Shown: positions 12,147-24,264, numbered from the whole stretch's first letter. The stretch is 63,023 nucleotides of DNA, filler included, from Octopus bimaculoides (GCF_001194135.2; 7 parts of 7 records of this genome joined end to end with filler, not necessarily neighbours in it), one strand, 5' to 3'. The notes: generated by a model from the letters alone, not told the origin. Program-made: numbers and translations.

Positions 12147-12214
12147 TATATATATATATATATATATATTATTACAGTTCTATATTTAAGAGATGAGGAA
12201 TTATGTACATTATT

Positions 12215-12363
12215 TACATTATTTACATTTGATGGATATTTGTCCTCATCTTGTTTGCTGCTAACACGTTTCGGCTGATATACCCTCCAACCTTCATCAG
12301 GTGTCTTGAGGAAATTTCGAAACTGTGCTTGCATTCCTAAGGTATTTTTCGATGTTGTTGTTG

Positions 12364-12401
<38 letters not shown>

Positions 12402-12723
12402 TAAGTCACTGCCCGTGTGCATATGGCGTAGTGGTTGTGAGCGCGGGCTACTAATCCCAATCTTCCGAGTTCGGGTCCAGGCAGTGATCTGAATAATACC
12501 AATAATAATAATAATAATAATAATGATGATGATGATGATGATGATAAGGATGATGATGATAATAGTAATAATAATAATAATAACATTGAAAAATACCTTA
12601 AGAATGAGAACTCAGGTTCGAAATTTCTTCAAGGCACCTGATAAAGGCTGGAGGGTATATCAGCCGAAGCGTGTTAACAAGAAGCAAGATGAGGACAAAT
12701 ATCCGTGAAATGTAAATAATGTA
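12215..12723. repeat. fold-back element: ~140-bp inverted arms with degenerate hammerheads, (TAA)n spacers and a central tRNA-like head
   Basis: 12215-12352 is the reverse complement of 12582-12723. Arms contain gacac CTGATGA a ggYtg-gagggtatat-cagcc GAAA cgtgtt. Confidence 0.8.
12411..12487 (+). promoter_or_regulatory. tRNA-like Pol III internal promoter (A and B boxes)
   Basis: A box TGGCGTAGTGG (12424-12434) and B box GAGTTCGGGTCC (12467-12478), bracketed by the inverted 8-mer TCACTGCC/GGCAGTGA. Confidence 0.65.
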
Positions 12724-15129
12724 TATATAATATTATATACTATTATTATTCAATCCTAGTAAAATCAAATTCCTTCAAAGAGATGGAATATATTCAAGTT
12801 TCACTGGTTCTTCTGTTAATTCCCATAATATAGTAAAGAAAAGATCAGAATTTAGAATGGTATAATTTCAATATATAAATATTAAAGGAAATAGAGAAAT
12901 ATAATTTACATATTAAAAATTTAGTAATATTAAAGTATAATATAATTATACTATAAAAATATATGATATAATAAAATATAATCTCTCTCTATATAAAAAT
13001 CTTTGTATACCTGTCTGTTCCCAAATCAAATCAAATTTTACATGGTAATACTATGAGACCCCGTGAGTAACTTTTTTCGATTAAAACAATGCAACATTGA
13101 CACTGGTTCTGTATTATGTGTTAAAACTCAAAGAATAAAAGTGAAACAATAACATGTATATTATAATGTCATATATTGTTTCACTTTTATACATTTATTT
13201 TTAATTCTAACCACGACGACTATGTCACATTTTTCATATGACTTTTTTATGGACCTGTCTGTGAATATATGTGAGTGTATGAGTGCTTATAAGTCTCACA
13301 GTGTGAGTCTTTCCACGGTTGGTACATTATTAGTCATACTATGTTTCACTTTTCTACTTTTTCTTTCAATTCTAACCACAACTATGACATGTCCTAGTAT
13401 GTTATCTAAGTAACTTAGAATAAGCTATGATGTGATGGGTATATCCATGTATGTCTCCGAAGCAGGCCCTAGAATATGTAAGCAATTAGATAATTTGCAG
13501 ATCTCTTTCCATATCAAAAACCACCTACAAAACCTCTTTGTGATGGAACGATCTGCTATGAATAGCAGTTTCATTCTCTTGTGATTAGAAATACAGCCCA
13601 GAATAAGCTGAATGGAAATTACTGGGATGCGTTTCATAATGTATGATCGATCAGGATTGACTTGAGGGAAATCCATCAACAAAAGTAACGGAATTTTTTA
13701 ATGGAAACTTTAATTATGTTTAGAATAATCTTTCGGATACACATAATATTAGAATTAGTCACCTCCGTTACAGAAAGCAATAATAATCTGTACGTATCTC
13801 AGAAAAAAATATAAAGTTTTATACTGAATGGATGCTATCTATTTTTACCAGTTGTAACCAGTGGGCGAAGTCACTGCTGGAAGAACTTGATCTAATTGAA
13901 ATGAAACATTGTAGGATTGAGTGCTCAAAGAACTAACCCCATAATCTACGAACCAGTTCTCGTTGCAAGTTTTAATTGTTACTTTAACACCAAGCTGCTA
14001 TCCTTACCACTAACTTTTCACCAGTTAACATGGTATTTTTTAGAGAATTTCTTTACACTTTTACATTTTCTCATCGTTGTAATATGAAAGAAAACTCGGG
14101 TAGAATGTGTACCAATGTTGGTATTGCATGCAATTTGAAAACTTTGTATCTTCATTGTTTGCGTGTTTCTTATATATGATTTACCACTTTATTTGAATGT
14201 TCGTGAGTTTGTTTTATCAAAGCAATAACGTGTAAAAGTTGATCCTACGTATATCCTGAACGTCATGACCGTATGTGGTTCACTTTTTCTAAGATATATA
14301 CAAATGAGAACAGCGAATAAGTTGGTAGGTATTCTATTTGATTTCTCTAGCAATATAGAACAAGTATAACTTACGCATATCATAAACATTTAGAATATTG
14401 AAATATTCTAAATGGATTAAATACAAATAAATATGGGCCGAGGAGGTGCGTATGAGCAATCGACATAATTTTCCAAATCAGTAACAGCAGTGAGTGCCAT
14501 AGCGATATACTAAATTTCATATTAGCTCTAAATTTTAATACTAACCCAATTAAAATCTGATCCCTGTCTGTAAATTGATATTTTTGGAGGACAGGTTTTT
14601 GGTATAGTGTGTACACTTACCTTGCAAGACATCTATAATTACTAAAGTGAGAATAATTTTACTCAAGTAATGAAATGTCGACATCATTAATGCTTACCGT
14701 GTCAGTGAGTAAAAGCTAAGATCGGGAAACGATAATGTGCTAAAGTTAATTACCGCAGCCATAAAGTCTTAAGAAATAACAAATGATGGCAGAGGTGAAA
14801 GGCATCGCCAAGATACAGGCTGATATTACTAATGAGTGTATGAATTTGCAATAGTAATCTTAGATATTTCAGTGATCTTCTTGAACGCTATAAGCCGCGT
14901 TTGTTGTAAGAACACATTTCCATAACAGTGATGAACCATATATTATTGCATTTTCTGCTTCGGGAAAGGCAATATTTTATTGATCACACATATTCTTGCA
15001 ACCATCTTAACTTCAGATTGCTTTTACTGCATAGTTAGTCAAGATGTTATTATTTTTTTCATTATCACACGCTTTAAACATGATTGTGTAACGCCTGCTC
15101 TTTGATATTACTCCCGTTTCTTTCGGTTT

Positions 15130-15365
15130 ATATTTGTTTTCCCTTAGGCGCTGAATTTGCAGAATCGTTAGCACTCCGGCCAAAATACTTAGCTGCATTT
15201 TGACTATCTTTACATTCTGCGTTTAAATTCCACCGTCGTCCATTTTGCCTTTCATTCTTTCAGGGTCAATAAAATAAGTACCCATCATGTACTGATGTCG
15301 ATGTAATCGACTAGCTCCCCGCCCCCACCAAAACATTTCTGGTCTTATGTCTATAGTAGAGAGGA
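15130..15365 (+). mobile_element. SINE family B, diverged
   Basis: GAATCGTTAGCACTCCGG head and CCTTTCATTCTTTCAGGGTCAATAAAATAAGTACC core. Confidence 0.7.
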
Positions 15366-17840
15366 TAATTATGTTTATACTTTTTAATTATTGCACTCAA
15401 GTTCCATCCTCATTAGATTTGTGAAATTCTATATAGTAACTACAAAAATGTTAGTTGAAATAACTAAAGTTAGCTGAAATAACTAATGTACAAAGCAAAA
15501 TGTTTTAAGGTTTCAAAGTCAAATATTAAAAGCCGAAATAATTAAGTATAAATGTCGTATACTTTGCGTATTGTTGCATTAGAATATAATTTCATACAAA
15601 GATTGGTAAATAATCTAAATTTCTTTTTACGTGAAAGGAAATTATGCAATATGATATTTATTTCATTGCTGAAATAGTTGCTTCTTTGATTTACAATGTT
15701 TTATATGAAGAGTTCATTCTAATATTTGAGACGTTATTTAAGAAGTTATTTTATGAGTTGCTGAATGAGTCAAATGAATATGGTTTTAGAATAACGAACA
15801 CACAAATGATGATTTTCCCATTTCTAGAGAACAAGTTTTCAAAATAAAAATTGAACGCATTTTAGGGCAGTGATGGTTACAGTATCTAAAGTTGTAGTTG
15901 TCTCAAGCATGTCTGTATTATTACTGAACAATCAGCTGAGTTACTACAGTTTGTCTAGGACCTTCTATAAAATATTTTCCTAGCGCTCTCAGTAGGTTGG
16001 TCCAGTACAAGATAAAATTATGCTATCCAGTTGTCTTGAATAATGAAAAGAATAAGAATCGATTGGTATTCGCTAGAGAGTAAAATATTAACTTTTTAAT
16101 AATTTTATTTGAAAACGTATCGCTTTTTACAAACATTATCACTTGTTATCTTGTTATCATTGATGGATGTTGTATAATATTTTTATGTGTTGAAGCCTGC
16201 TGTTCTAGAATAATTTATTTGGTACAGTGGTAAATTTTTAACAAGAAATTTAAAATTACTATCAAGTATTTTAACTACATTGACTACCCGATCACTAATT
16301 ACAATTCTTCAGTGCAAATCAAATTTCTAATCTAACATGATGTAAGTTTTAAACTGGAGAACTCCATCAAAGTAATATTCAAAGTAGCTAGCCAATTAAT
16401 TTTATCACAAAACAAGCACGCTTGAGAATGATTACGGTTGGGAATTCAAACCAGATTCACTGAAATGTAAATTTATGTTAATAGGTTTAATTAACATAAT
16501 AAATTATAACTCAACATTAAAAACCTCTCAGTTTAAACTAATTTAAATCAATAAATACATACAGAACAAATTGGAAGAAATCTATTAATGGCAAAATTAA
16601 AAGAAAAAATGAAAAACTTTTCAATTTTCATAACTCGGAGAAGTATCTAATTGATTCAGATAGTTTTAAATTCATTAATCATGATAATTCCTAAGTAATT
16701 ATCGTAAATTAATTCCATCATAACATCAATTTCCGCATGGCGCAAAATAAAATTAAAAAATGAATACAAAAATAATGGAAACTTTTTACTTCAACAAAAG
16801 GAAATTTAATGTATTCGTTCTATTGACTAATTTTATTAGAAGTGAATTTTATGAGTATTCTTCTTTGGACTTTGATGCTTCCATTCCTTCTATTATGTTA
16901 ATAATGCAAATGTTACCATTAGATTCCATTACTACACACCAAATGTTATCGACTTAATACAAACTAACAAAAGCGTTTCAGTTCATAACAAAAACTTTAT
17001 AAAGCCTTTACTTCATTCTTGCTTCGTTTTTATACATGCTGAAAAATTAAAAGTAAAAAGAAACAAAACAAAAAACAGCAACAACATTTATTAGAAGTAT
17101 TGTGGGTGTATTTCGATTGTAGTAAAATTATTTCAGAAAAATGCAGTATATTTAATTAAAACATTACAACAAGTCATTTGAAACGTAATAAGTGGGTGGT
17201 AAGTGATATTTCAGTATGTTATGATTGTAGTGAAATATTTCAGTTTTTTCTTAATATATTCCTCATTTCAAATGATAGTGAATATTCGTTAAAGAGATTT
17301 TAAACTACAGTAGTAAACACTTAAGCCATCGGAGAATATGGGAAATTTGACATATCAATGTAAAAGAGAAAAAGCTAGTTTTTATTTACTCTTCATGCAC
17401 TTATTGAATTTAATTCTAAATATATATTTAAATGGAGTCATGTGGATGTAATGATTTCCGAAATAACACTTCACCGACGAATCAATCGTAAGAAAATTTG
17501 TCTATATTTGATGTGTTGTAAGATATATAATGACGGGAAAAGAAGTTAAGATTTCCTATCAAAATATAGTTACATATAATGAAAGCAATACGATTTGATG
17601 GTTGAATAAAGTAATGTTTCAAAGAAATGCTCAAAGGGAAAGTGTACACATATACACGTGATTACCTACACATACATTCTTCACTCACACACGAACACAC
17701 AAACACACACACACACATAAACACACACACAAACACACATATACCTATAAACTAAAGTCAAGATAATATAGAAGGGTCCATTAATATGATTGAAATACTT
17801 TAAACATAGATGTAGATGTCAAGTAAACTTGTGAATTATA

Positions 17841-17877
<37 letters not shown>

Positions 17878-18014
17878 NNNNNNNNNNNNNNNNNNNNNNN
17901 NNNNNNNNNNNNNNNNNNNNNTTAATTAATTAANNNNNNNNNNNNNNNNNNNNNNNNNNNNNNNNNNNNNNNNNNNNATATCTCAAACATATTGATCAAG
18001 CACGGACCACATAT

Positions 18015-18300
18015 CATCATCATCATCATCGTTTAACGTCCGCTTTCCATGCTAGCATGGGTTGGACGATTTGACTGAGGACTGGTGAAACCGGATGGCA
18101 ACACCAGGCTCCAATCTGATTTGGCAGAGTTTCTACAGCTGGATGCCCTTCCTAACGCCAACCACTCCGAGAGTGTAGTGGGTGCTTTTACGTGTCATCC
18201 GCACGAAGGCCAGTCAGGCGATACTGGCAACGGCCACGCTCAAAATGGTATATTTTATGTGCCACCTGCACAAGAGCCAATCCAGGGGCACTGGCAACGA
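18015..18300 (-). mobile_element. RTE-clade LINE 3' UTR with (GAT)n tail
   Basis: Reverse complement of GGAAGGGCATCCAGCTGTAGAAAC...AAACGATGATGATG, the same 3' end as the RTE copies at 43430-44848 and 54040-55478. Confidence 0.8.
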
Positions 18301-18343
18301 TCGCTTTACTATAAAATAGTGGAAAAGATGTGTTTTCTTTTAC

Positions 18344-18509
18344 CTGTCCTCTGTCATGTAAGGTTTAAAGTTGATGTCTTTCTTCCATGCCTGGAAGTAG
18401 GTGGCCCAATGGAAAGTGGTGTTGTTACAGAACACAACCAAACACTGGCTCAGCATGGCAGGTGATGCAGAGCTGAGTTTGTCAGTCTCCATAATTATCT
18501 TGGTATCTT
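18344..18509 (-). CDS. dynein heavy chain-like (DNHD1-like), exon 6 of 6 seen; AAA2 C-terminal part
   Basis: ttgcag/ acceptor, /gtaaaa donor, 166 nt, phase 1 to 2. (E)DTKIIMETDKLSSASPAMLSQCLVVFC matches the dynein MRLLFEVxDLxxASPATVSRCG motif. Confidence 0.85.
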
Positions 18510-18814
18510 CTGCAAGGATAAAAAAAAAAATACCTATAGCTTTAGTTCACTTCCTGCTTATCATCATCATCATATACCCTCATCATTACCTCTACCATCA
18601 TTAGGACCACCACCAATACCACCACCACCACTTCTTTACTGTTGTATATATAACACTCACACACATATATACACAAATGCTGATTTATGTGTACCAAGAA
18701 GCTTGGACTTTGAAAAGACACCAAAGCAATGACAATCCCAAGTTTTGAAAAGAAAAACGAAGATGAGAGAGCGGGGAGGAGATAGAGAAGGGGAAGGGAA
18801 AGAGAGGGAAAAGA

Positions 18815-18937
<123 letters not shown>

Positions 18938-19029
18938 CTCTAATTATAGAGGGATCTCCTTGTAGAGTTTTCTTAGTAAAGTCTATTTCTGGTGTCTGGA
19001 AAAAGAGCTTTAGGGAAATTGCTGAGCCC

Positions 19030-19510
19030 TAACTTGCTGAAGAACACTGGCTTCCATTCCTGCACACAACGCAACCAGAGTCAGATATTCAGACTATGGC
19101 ACATCTTTGAAAATGTGTGAGAATATTGCCAAAGAGATGTAACGCTTGCTTTGCCGACCTCAAAAGGGAATACGACATGTCACAGGACAAAGTGTGGAAG
19201 GCTTTGCAGGAGTTTGGGATTAATGGGAAACTTTTCGTTGCCACAAAGTCCATTTATGAATGCCCCTGTGTTTATGTCTGGGTAAATGGTGCTTTCTTGA
19301 AACATTTCAGCAGGGGGTGTGTATTGTCCCCACCTCCTTTCCATGATTTTTATGAACTGGATTGACATGTGCAGTTGGTGTGGAAGTGGTATCATAATAA
19401 TCGGTGGACATAGAATTGGTTGGCTGACATTTTCAGGTGACATGGTGCCACTCGGCTCATCAGACGGTGAACTCCACTGCCTACTGAATGGGTTCTCTGC
19501 TGAGTGCTGC
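19030..19510 (+). mobile_element. old RTE-type reverse transcriptase fragment
   Basis: ACFADLKREYD, VWKALQEFGINGKL and GCVLSPP motifs. Confidence 0.7.
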
Positions 19511-19514
19511 CAGA

Positions 19515-19548
<34 letters not shown>

Positions 19549-19619
19549 TTCCATGCATGCATGCATGGGTAGGGCAGTTGACAGGAGCCGACCAGGTAGA
19601 AATACTACCCAAGGCTACT

Positions 19620-19790
19620 GTATCTCCCACCATCGCTTGACAACCAATGCTGGTATGTTTATGTCCCTGTAACTTAGCGATAGAATAAGTACTAGGCTTA
19701 CAAAGAATAAGTCCTGGGGTCAATTTGTTCGACTAAAGGCAGTGCTCCAGCATGGTCACAGTCAAATGACTAAAACAAATAGAAGAATAT
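19620..19790 (+). mobile_element. SINE family A, 3' part
   Basis: CATCGCTTGACAACC...GAATAAGTACTAGGCTTACAAAGAATAAGTCCTGGGGTC tail shared with 29837-30125. Confidence 0.7.
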
Positions 19791-19893
19791 CTCTCTTCTC
19801 CTCTCTCTCTTTCCTGCTTTCTCTTTCTCTTCTTCACCCCCCCCCCCTCTCTCTATTCTCTCTCCTTCCTCTCTCTCATACAAGTCCACTTAC

Positions 19894-20143
19894 CACTCAA
19901 CACAAACGTTTCACCATTCGGAAGCACCAATGTGCGAGATGCATCAAACAAACCAGATATCGGATCACACCATGACGTATGCAACGGTCCGTCAAAGACG
20001 AACCAGACTTGAGAATATCCAAAAGACTTTGGAACATCATCAATAAATTCAAGAGCATTTCCGGTTCTGCTGGGAGAAATTCTGTCTAGTTCTTGACACA
20101 AGAACCCTGTCTGCCATCCATAAGGGCTGTAATGACCAATAAA
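19894..20143 (-). CDS. dynein heavy chain-like (DNHD1-like), exon 5; AAA2 Walker B region
   Basis: tctatag/ acceptor, /gtaagt donor, 250 nt, phase 0 to 1. FIGHYSPYGWQTG...VWFVFDGPLHTSWCDPISGLFDASRTLVLPNGETF matches dynein WIVFDGPVDxxWIExLNxVLDDNKxLxLxNGE. Confidence 0.92.
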
Positions 20144-20758
20144 CTATAGAAAAAAAACCAAAAGAACACAAGAATTAGTGATTAAGCTTTTAGCTTTCAG
20201 ATTTCTTAGTCAAATGCAAAGCTTATTTATATCCACATTGTTTTGAATTAATCCTGGATTATCTCAAAACTTTGAGATTTTGATGATGTGATTGTTTATT
20301 TTTAGAATGACATTGCAGGGTAGGTGTGAGAGGCTGGATCAGGGATCAGGTGACCATTTCACTTTTTCTCTGCCAAGATACACACACAACCACACGCAGA
20401 CACACAGTAAAAACAAAATGTTTTTTTTACAGAAAATAATTTCTTCACACTTTTCCCTCGTACCCATCTCCCACCCAAGCTTGCTTTCCTTTATTCAAGC
20501 CTGTCTCTTACTGAAGTCTATCTCTCTATCTATCAGCTCATCTCATACTCAAGCCTCTCATTTAATCATGTCTAATGCTCAATCCTGCTTGTCTCTCACT
20601 CAAGTCTGCCTCACTCACACTCAAATCTCCCTCTCACATTCAATCCTACCTTTCATTCAAATCAGTCATTTACTCAAGTCTTATCTCCAACTCTTGTTCC
20701 AACCCTGACTCAGTGTCTGTGATCAGTAGGCCACTCAACTAACTACTGTTCCACTCTA

Positions 20759-20978
20759 AGAGGAGGGCTCTGAAAAGTTCCTGCCTTTAAGGGTATCGCG
20801 AAAGGCCTGGTTGGAGGCCCAACCTTCTGAGTTCTTTAACAGGGGTTAGAAAAACTGAAGGACCACTCCAATAAATGTGTGAATCTCAGAGGGGAATATG
20901 TTGGATAAAATCATAATTAACTGATCCTCCTCTATTTCCTTTTACCCAAAGCCAGGAACTTTTCAGCCTCTCACCTCG
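20759..20978 (+). mobile_element. mariner-derived MITE (internal deletion derivative)
   Basis: TIRs GAGG..GGCT(C)TGAAAAGTTCCTG at both ends with TA flanks; internal remnant GLEKLKDHSNKCVNLRGEYV. Confidence 0.8.
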
Positions 20979-21045
20979 TATTCTGAACAAATTAAAACTA
21001 CAATAACGCGGGGAGATAACATAGAGAAAGATTAGAAAGAATTAC

Positions 21046-21234
21046 CTCCTCAGGCGACATCGAACTGGGATATATATACGACTTATAGATGCGAGGATAA
21101 CAGCTTTTCTTATATTTCTCGGACAAACCCAGCTTGTCAACAATTTTCAAAGGTGGCTGGAAATTTGCAATGGTTTCTCGCAAGAGTTGGAGCCTTTTCC
21201 TTGATTTTCCATTAAATTTTGATAATCCATGAGA
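21046..21234 (-). CDS. dynein heavy chain-like (DNHD1-like), exon 4
   Basis: ttgtctag/ acceptor, /gtaatt donor, 189 nt, phase 0 to 0. Ends YPRIYKSYIYPSSMSPEE, matching the dynein xNPKAxxxxEL motif and joining FIG of the next exon. Confidence 0.85.
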
Positions 21235-21487
21235 CTAGACAAGAAGAGAAAAGTTTATTTTGAAAACTGCATGCCTGGTTGTGTGGGTAAGAAGCTTACT
21301 TCCTAATGACAGGAAATAAGCACCGGTCAAGCTTTGGGGTCATTGTAAGCAATTAAGGTCCTCCCTGCAAAATTTCAGGCTTTGTGCTTTTATAATACAA
21401 TGGCTTATTGTATACAGTATGGTATATCATTGCCTGTTAGTACTTTCATTATCACAACTTTGGTTTGTCTCTAATTTCATCCCCTGT

Positions 21488-21947
21488 CTTAGATGACCTC
21501 TCAAGGTCACTGTCACTGACCCCCTTCTTCCTGACTCAATCCCCAGCCCTAGATGACCACTGCGGATCACTGTCTCTGACCTTCCCTTCTGACTTTATCC
21601 TCAGTCCTAGATGACCATTGAAGGTCACTGTCTTTGACCCCTCCCTCCTGACTTCATTCTCAGTCCTAGATGACCACTGAGGGTCAGTCACTGATCCCCT
21701 CCCTTCTGACCTCATCCCCAGTCCTAGATGACCATTGAGGGTCACTGTCTCTGACCCTCCCTTCTGACTTCATCCCCAGTCCTAGATGACCATTGAGGGT
21801 CACTGTCTCTGACCCCACCTTCCTGATTTTATCCCCAGTCCTAGATGACCATTGAGGGTTACTATCACTAACCCCTCCCTTCTGACTTCATCCTCAGCCC
21901 TAGATGACCATTGAGGGTCACTGTCTCTGGCCCTCCCTCCTGACTTC
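21488..21947. repeat. minisatellite, 8 units of 58-60 bp
   Basis: Unit CCTAGATGACCATTGAGGGTCACTGTCTCTGACCCTCCCTTCTGACTTCATCCCCAGT starting at 21488, 21548, 21606, 21665, 21723, 21781, 21841, 21899. Confidence 0.95.
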
Positions 21948-22252
21948 GAAACCAACAAAATGGGGAAAAGAAAGAGCTTCTCTCAGAGAAGCATATGATA
22001 CAGTTTGGGAAAATCTGAAAGTGAAGAGCAGAGACCAAACTGGAGCAAAGATAGCCAAAGTCAAGGACAGTGGAGAAAAGCCATTGATGGCCAAAGCACC
22101 ACAGGAAGTGAAGGACTTAAGCGGACAATAATAATACTATACCTGGAAAATAAAAAGGGTCAGCTGGTGCAGGTTTGGAATGCTTGTGGGATCAGCATTG
22201 ACCCAGGGTTAAACAAAAAAAACAACAACAAGTAACAGTAGAAAGTCAGTAC

Positions 22253-22420
22253 CTTCTGTTTCCTTCTCTCTTCGTCAGGATCCAGTCCAGACATCTGATA
22301 GCTGAGCATGTTGAGTGTGTGTACAAGAGCATTTAACATGGTACTTTTCCCACTTCCAGAAGGCCCACATAGAATTGTGCTTCGGTTTGTCTGTCCACAG
22401 CAGCTATACAGTTCAATCAG
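22253..22420 (-). CDS. dynein heavy chain-like (DNHD1-like), exon 3; AAA2 Walker A
   Basis: ttttcag/ acceptor, /gtactg donor, 168 nt, phase 0 to 0. LIELYSCC...STILCGPSGSGKSTML matches dynein KVIQLYE...GxMLVGPTGSGKT. Confidence 0.92.
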
Positions 22421-22781
22421 CTGAAAACAGATACAGTTTGCTACAGAGATTTCATTCATAGACACCAATAATCTATTCGGTCGGTGCATAATTATTGCTG
22501 CTTCTTTCCAACAAATTTTATTCAACAAAAACAATAACAACATGTAACAAAAACATCTTTAAATGATTATTCTGGAGCATATTCACCATCTACTTCAATT
22601 ACTGCTTCCCATTTGCTTGGCAGATGGTCAGACTGTCATTTAAGGATGCTTTTTGTTAAATATTGTTATTGTTTTTGTTGAAAAAAAGCTGCAATAATTA
22701 TGCACCAACCCAATAATACATCAATCCTTGAGTACGGAAGATTCATTCATTAGTAATCTAGGATAACATGGTACGCTTATA

Positions 22782-22917
22782 GTAAAGATTGTTTGCCAAC
22801 ATAACATGGCAGTCCTGGTTTAGGACGAATGTTGCTGTAATTTAGCCCCAGGAAACATAACCCGGAAATTGCGATACACAGATATTGTTTTGAGCTGATT
22901 GGGGGTGCTAGATTCCC
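22782..22917. repeat. rearranged partial copy of the 30407-30682 hammerhead-bearing element
   Basis: 22782-22855 matches 30409-30480 directly; 22861-22917 matches 30536-30592 inverted and keeps only the 3' half of the ribozyme. Confidence 0.7.
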
Positions 22918-23131
22918 TTTATTTACATTTGACGGATATGAACCCGACCACTCTCAAAAATTACGTAAAAAAAGTGAAAAAATAATACAGAGTCCTTGTC
23001 CAGTACTGGATCGATCCCAAAATCTAATCAGATGGTGATGATGGTGGTGATGATGATGGTGATGATTATTTTGATGAGGATAATGATGATGATCGAAACC
23101 ATTTTCTCTTTTTAAATTTTATTTTTTTTAC

Positions 23132-23364
23132 CTTATCCAACATTCCTTGAGAGAAATCTGAGAAAGTCTCCTTCAGATGATTCTTCAAACCTTCCTGCAA
23201 CACCACATCCTGCATGCTGCACTCCGGCATCGTTAGCTTGAAGACGTCTCGCAGAGTTCTAACAAACTGCGCAGTTTCTTCTCCTTCCATGAGACACGGA
23301 CGTAAAACTTTCACGATACTCCTCATCACAATCTTCTCTTCATCGGTCATCAAAGAACAAGGAT
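23132..23364 (-). CDS. dynein heavy chain-like (DNHD1-like), exon 2; AAA1 small domain
   Basis: ctttacag/ acceptor, /gtaaaa donor, 233 nt, phase 1 to 0. EEKIVMRSIVKVLRPCL...AQFVRTLRDVF matches dynein ExxLLLRALRDxNLPKF...LFxGIISDLF. Confidence 0.88.
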
Positions 23365-23417
23365 CTGTAAAGAACTCCGGAGATTATAAGACGAATATAA
23401 ACACACACACACACACG

Positions 23418-23870
23418 GTGAGCTGGCAGAAACGTTAGCACGGCGGGCGAAATGCTTAGCGGTATTTCATCTGCCGTTACGTTCTGAGTTCAAATTCCGC
23501 TGAGGTCAACTTTGCCTTTCATCCTTTCGAGGTCGATTAAATAAGTACCAGTTACGCACTGGGTCGATATAATCGACTTAATCCGTTTGTCTGTCCTTGT
23601 TTGTCCCCTCTGTATGTAGCCCCTTGTGGGCAATAAAGAAATAATACACACACACATACTACATAGGCATTGTCGATAGAGACAGTATTAATACTAAGGG
23701 GTAACTTCGATGCCCCCTTAAGGGCGGTGAACTGGCAGAATTGTTAGCATGCTGGGAAAAATTCTTAGTGGCACTTTATCTGTCTTTATGTTCTGAGTTC
23801 AAATTCCACTGGGGTCAACTTTGTTTTTCATCCTTTTAGGGTTGATAACATAAGTACCAGTTGATCACTA
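23418..23870 (+). mobile_element. two tandem SINE family B copies
   Basis: GAGCTGGCAGAA head, GAGTTCAAATTCC B box and core at about 23418-23643 and 23720-23870. Confidence 0.8.
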
Positions 23871-24235
23871 GGATTTAGCACCACCTTGAAGGGCTTTCAG
23901 TTCAACAAATCGACCCCGGAACTTATTTCTTAAACCTAGTACTTATTCTATTGCTCGCTTTTGCTGAACCGCTAAGAAATGGGGATGTAAACACACCAAT
24001 ACCGGTTGTCGAATGGTGAGGCTGGGTACAAACAGACACAAAAACACAAATATATACATATATATATATATATATATGACAGGCTTCTTTCAGTTTCCAT
24101 GTAACCAAATCCATTCAAAAGGCTTTGGTCTGTCTGAGGCAATAGTAGAAGAACCTTGTCCAAGGTGCTACGCAGTGGGACTGAACCCAGAGCCATGTGG
24201 TTGGGAAGAAAGCATCTTACCAAACAGCCACGCCT
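23870..24235 (-). mobile_element. SINE family A
   Basis: Reverse complement of the family A head and tail with an internal (TA)n. Confidence 0.75.
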
Positions 24236-24264
24236 ACACCTGTATATACAAAGGAGACCGTTAC

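Noticed and set aside
13425-13900. ORF 13425..13682 and a 43-nt AG/GT-bounded segment at about 13850-13892 (minus) as further dynein exons
   Set aside because: The frames are open but show no recognisable dynein motif; short AG/GT-bounded open segments arise by chance.
14618-14820. Strong minus-strand donors (GTAAGT at about 14618, GTAAGC at about 14697)
   Set aside because: No open reading segment with protein-family similarity could be attached to them.
19450-19470. CTGATGA on the minus strand
   Set aside because: Lies within the RTE RT remnant; no hammerhead stems.
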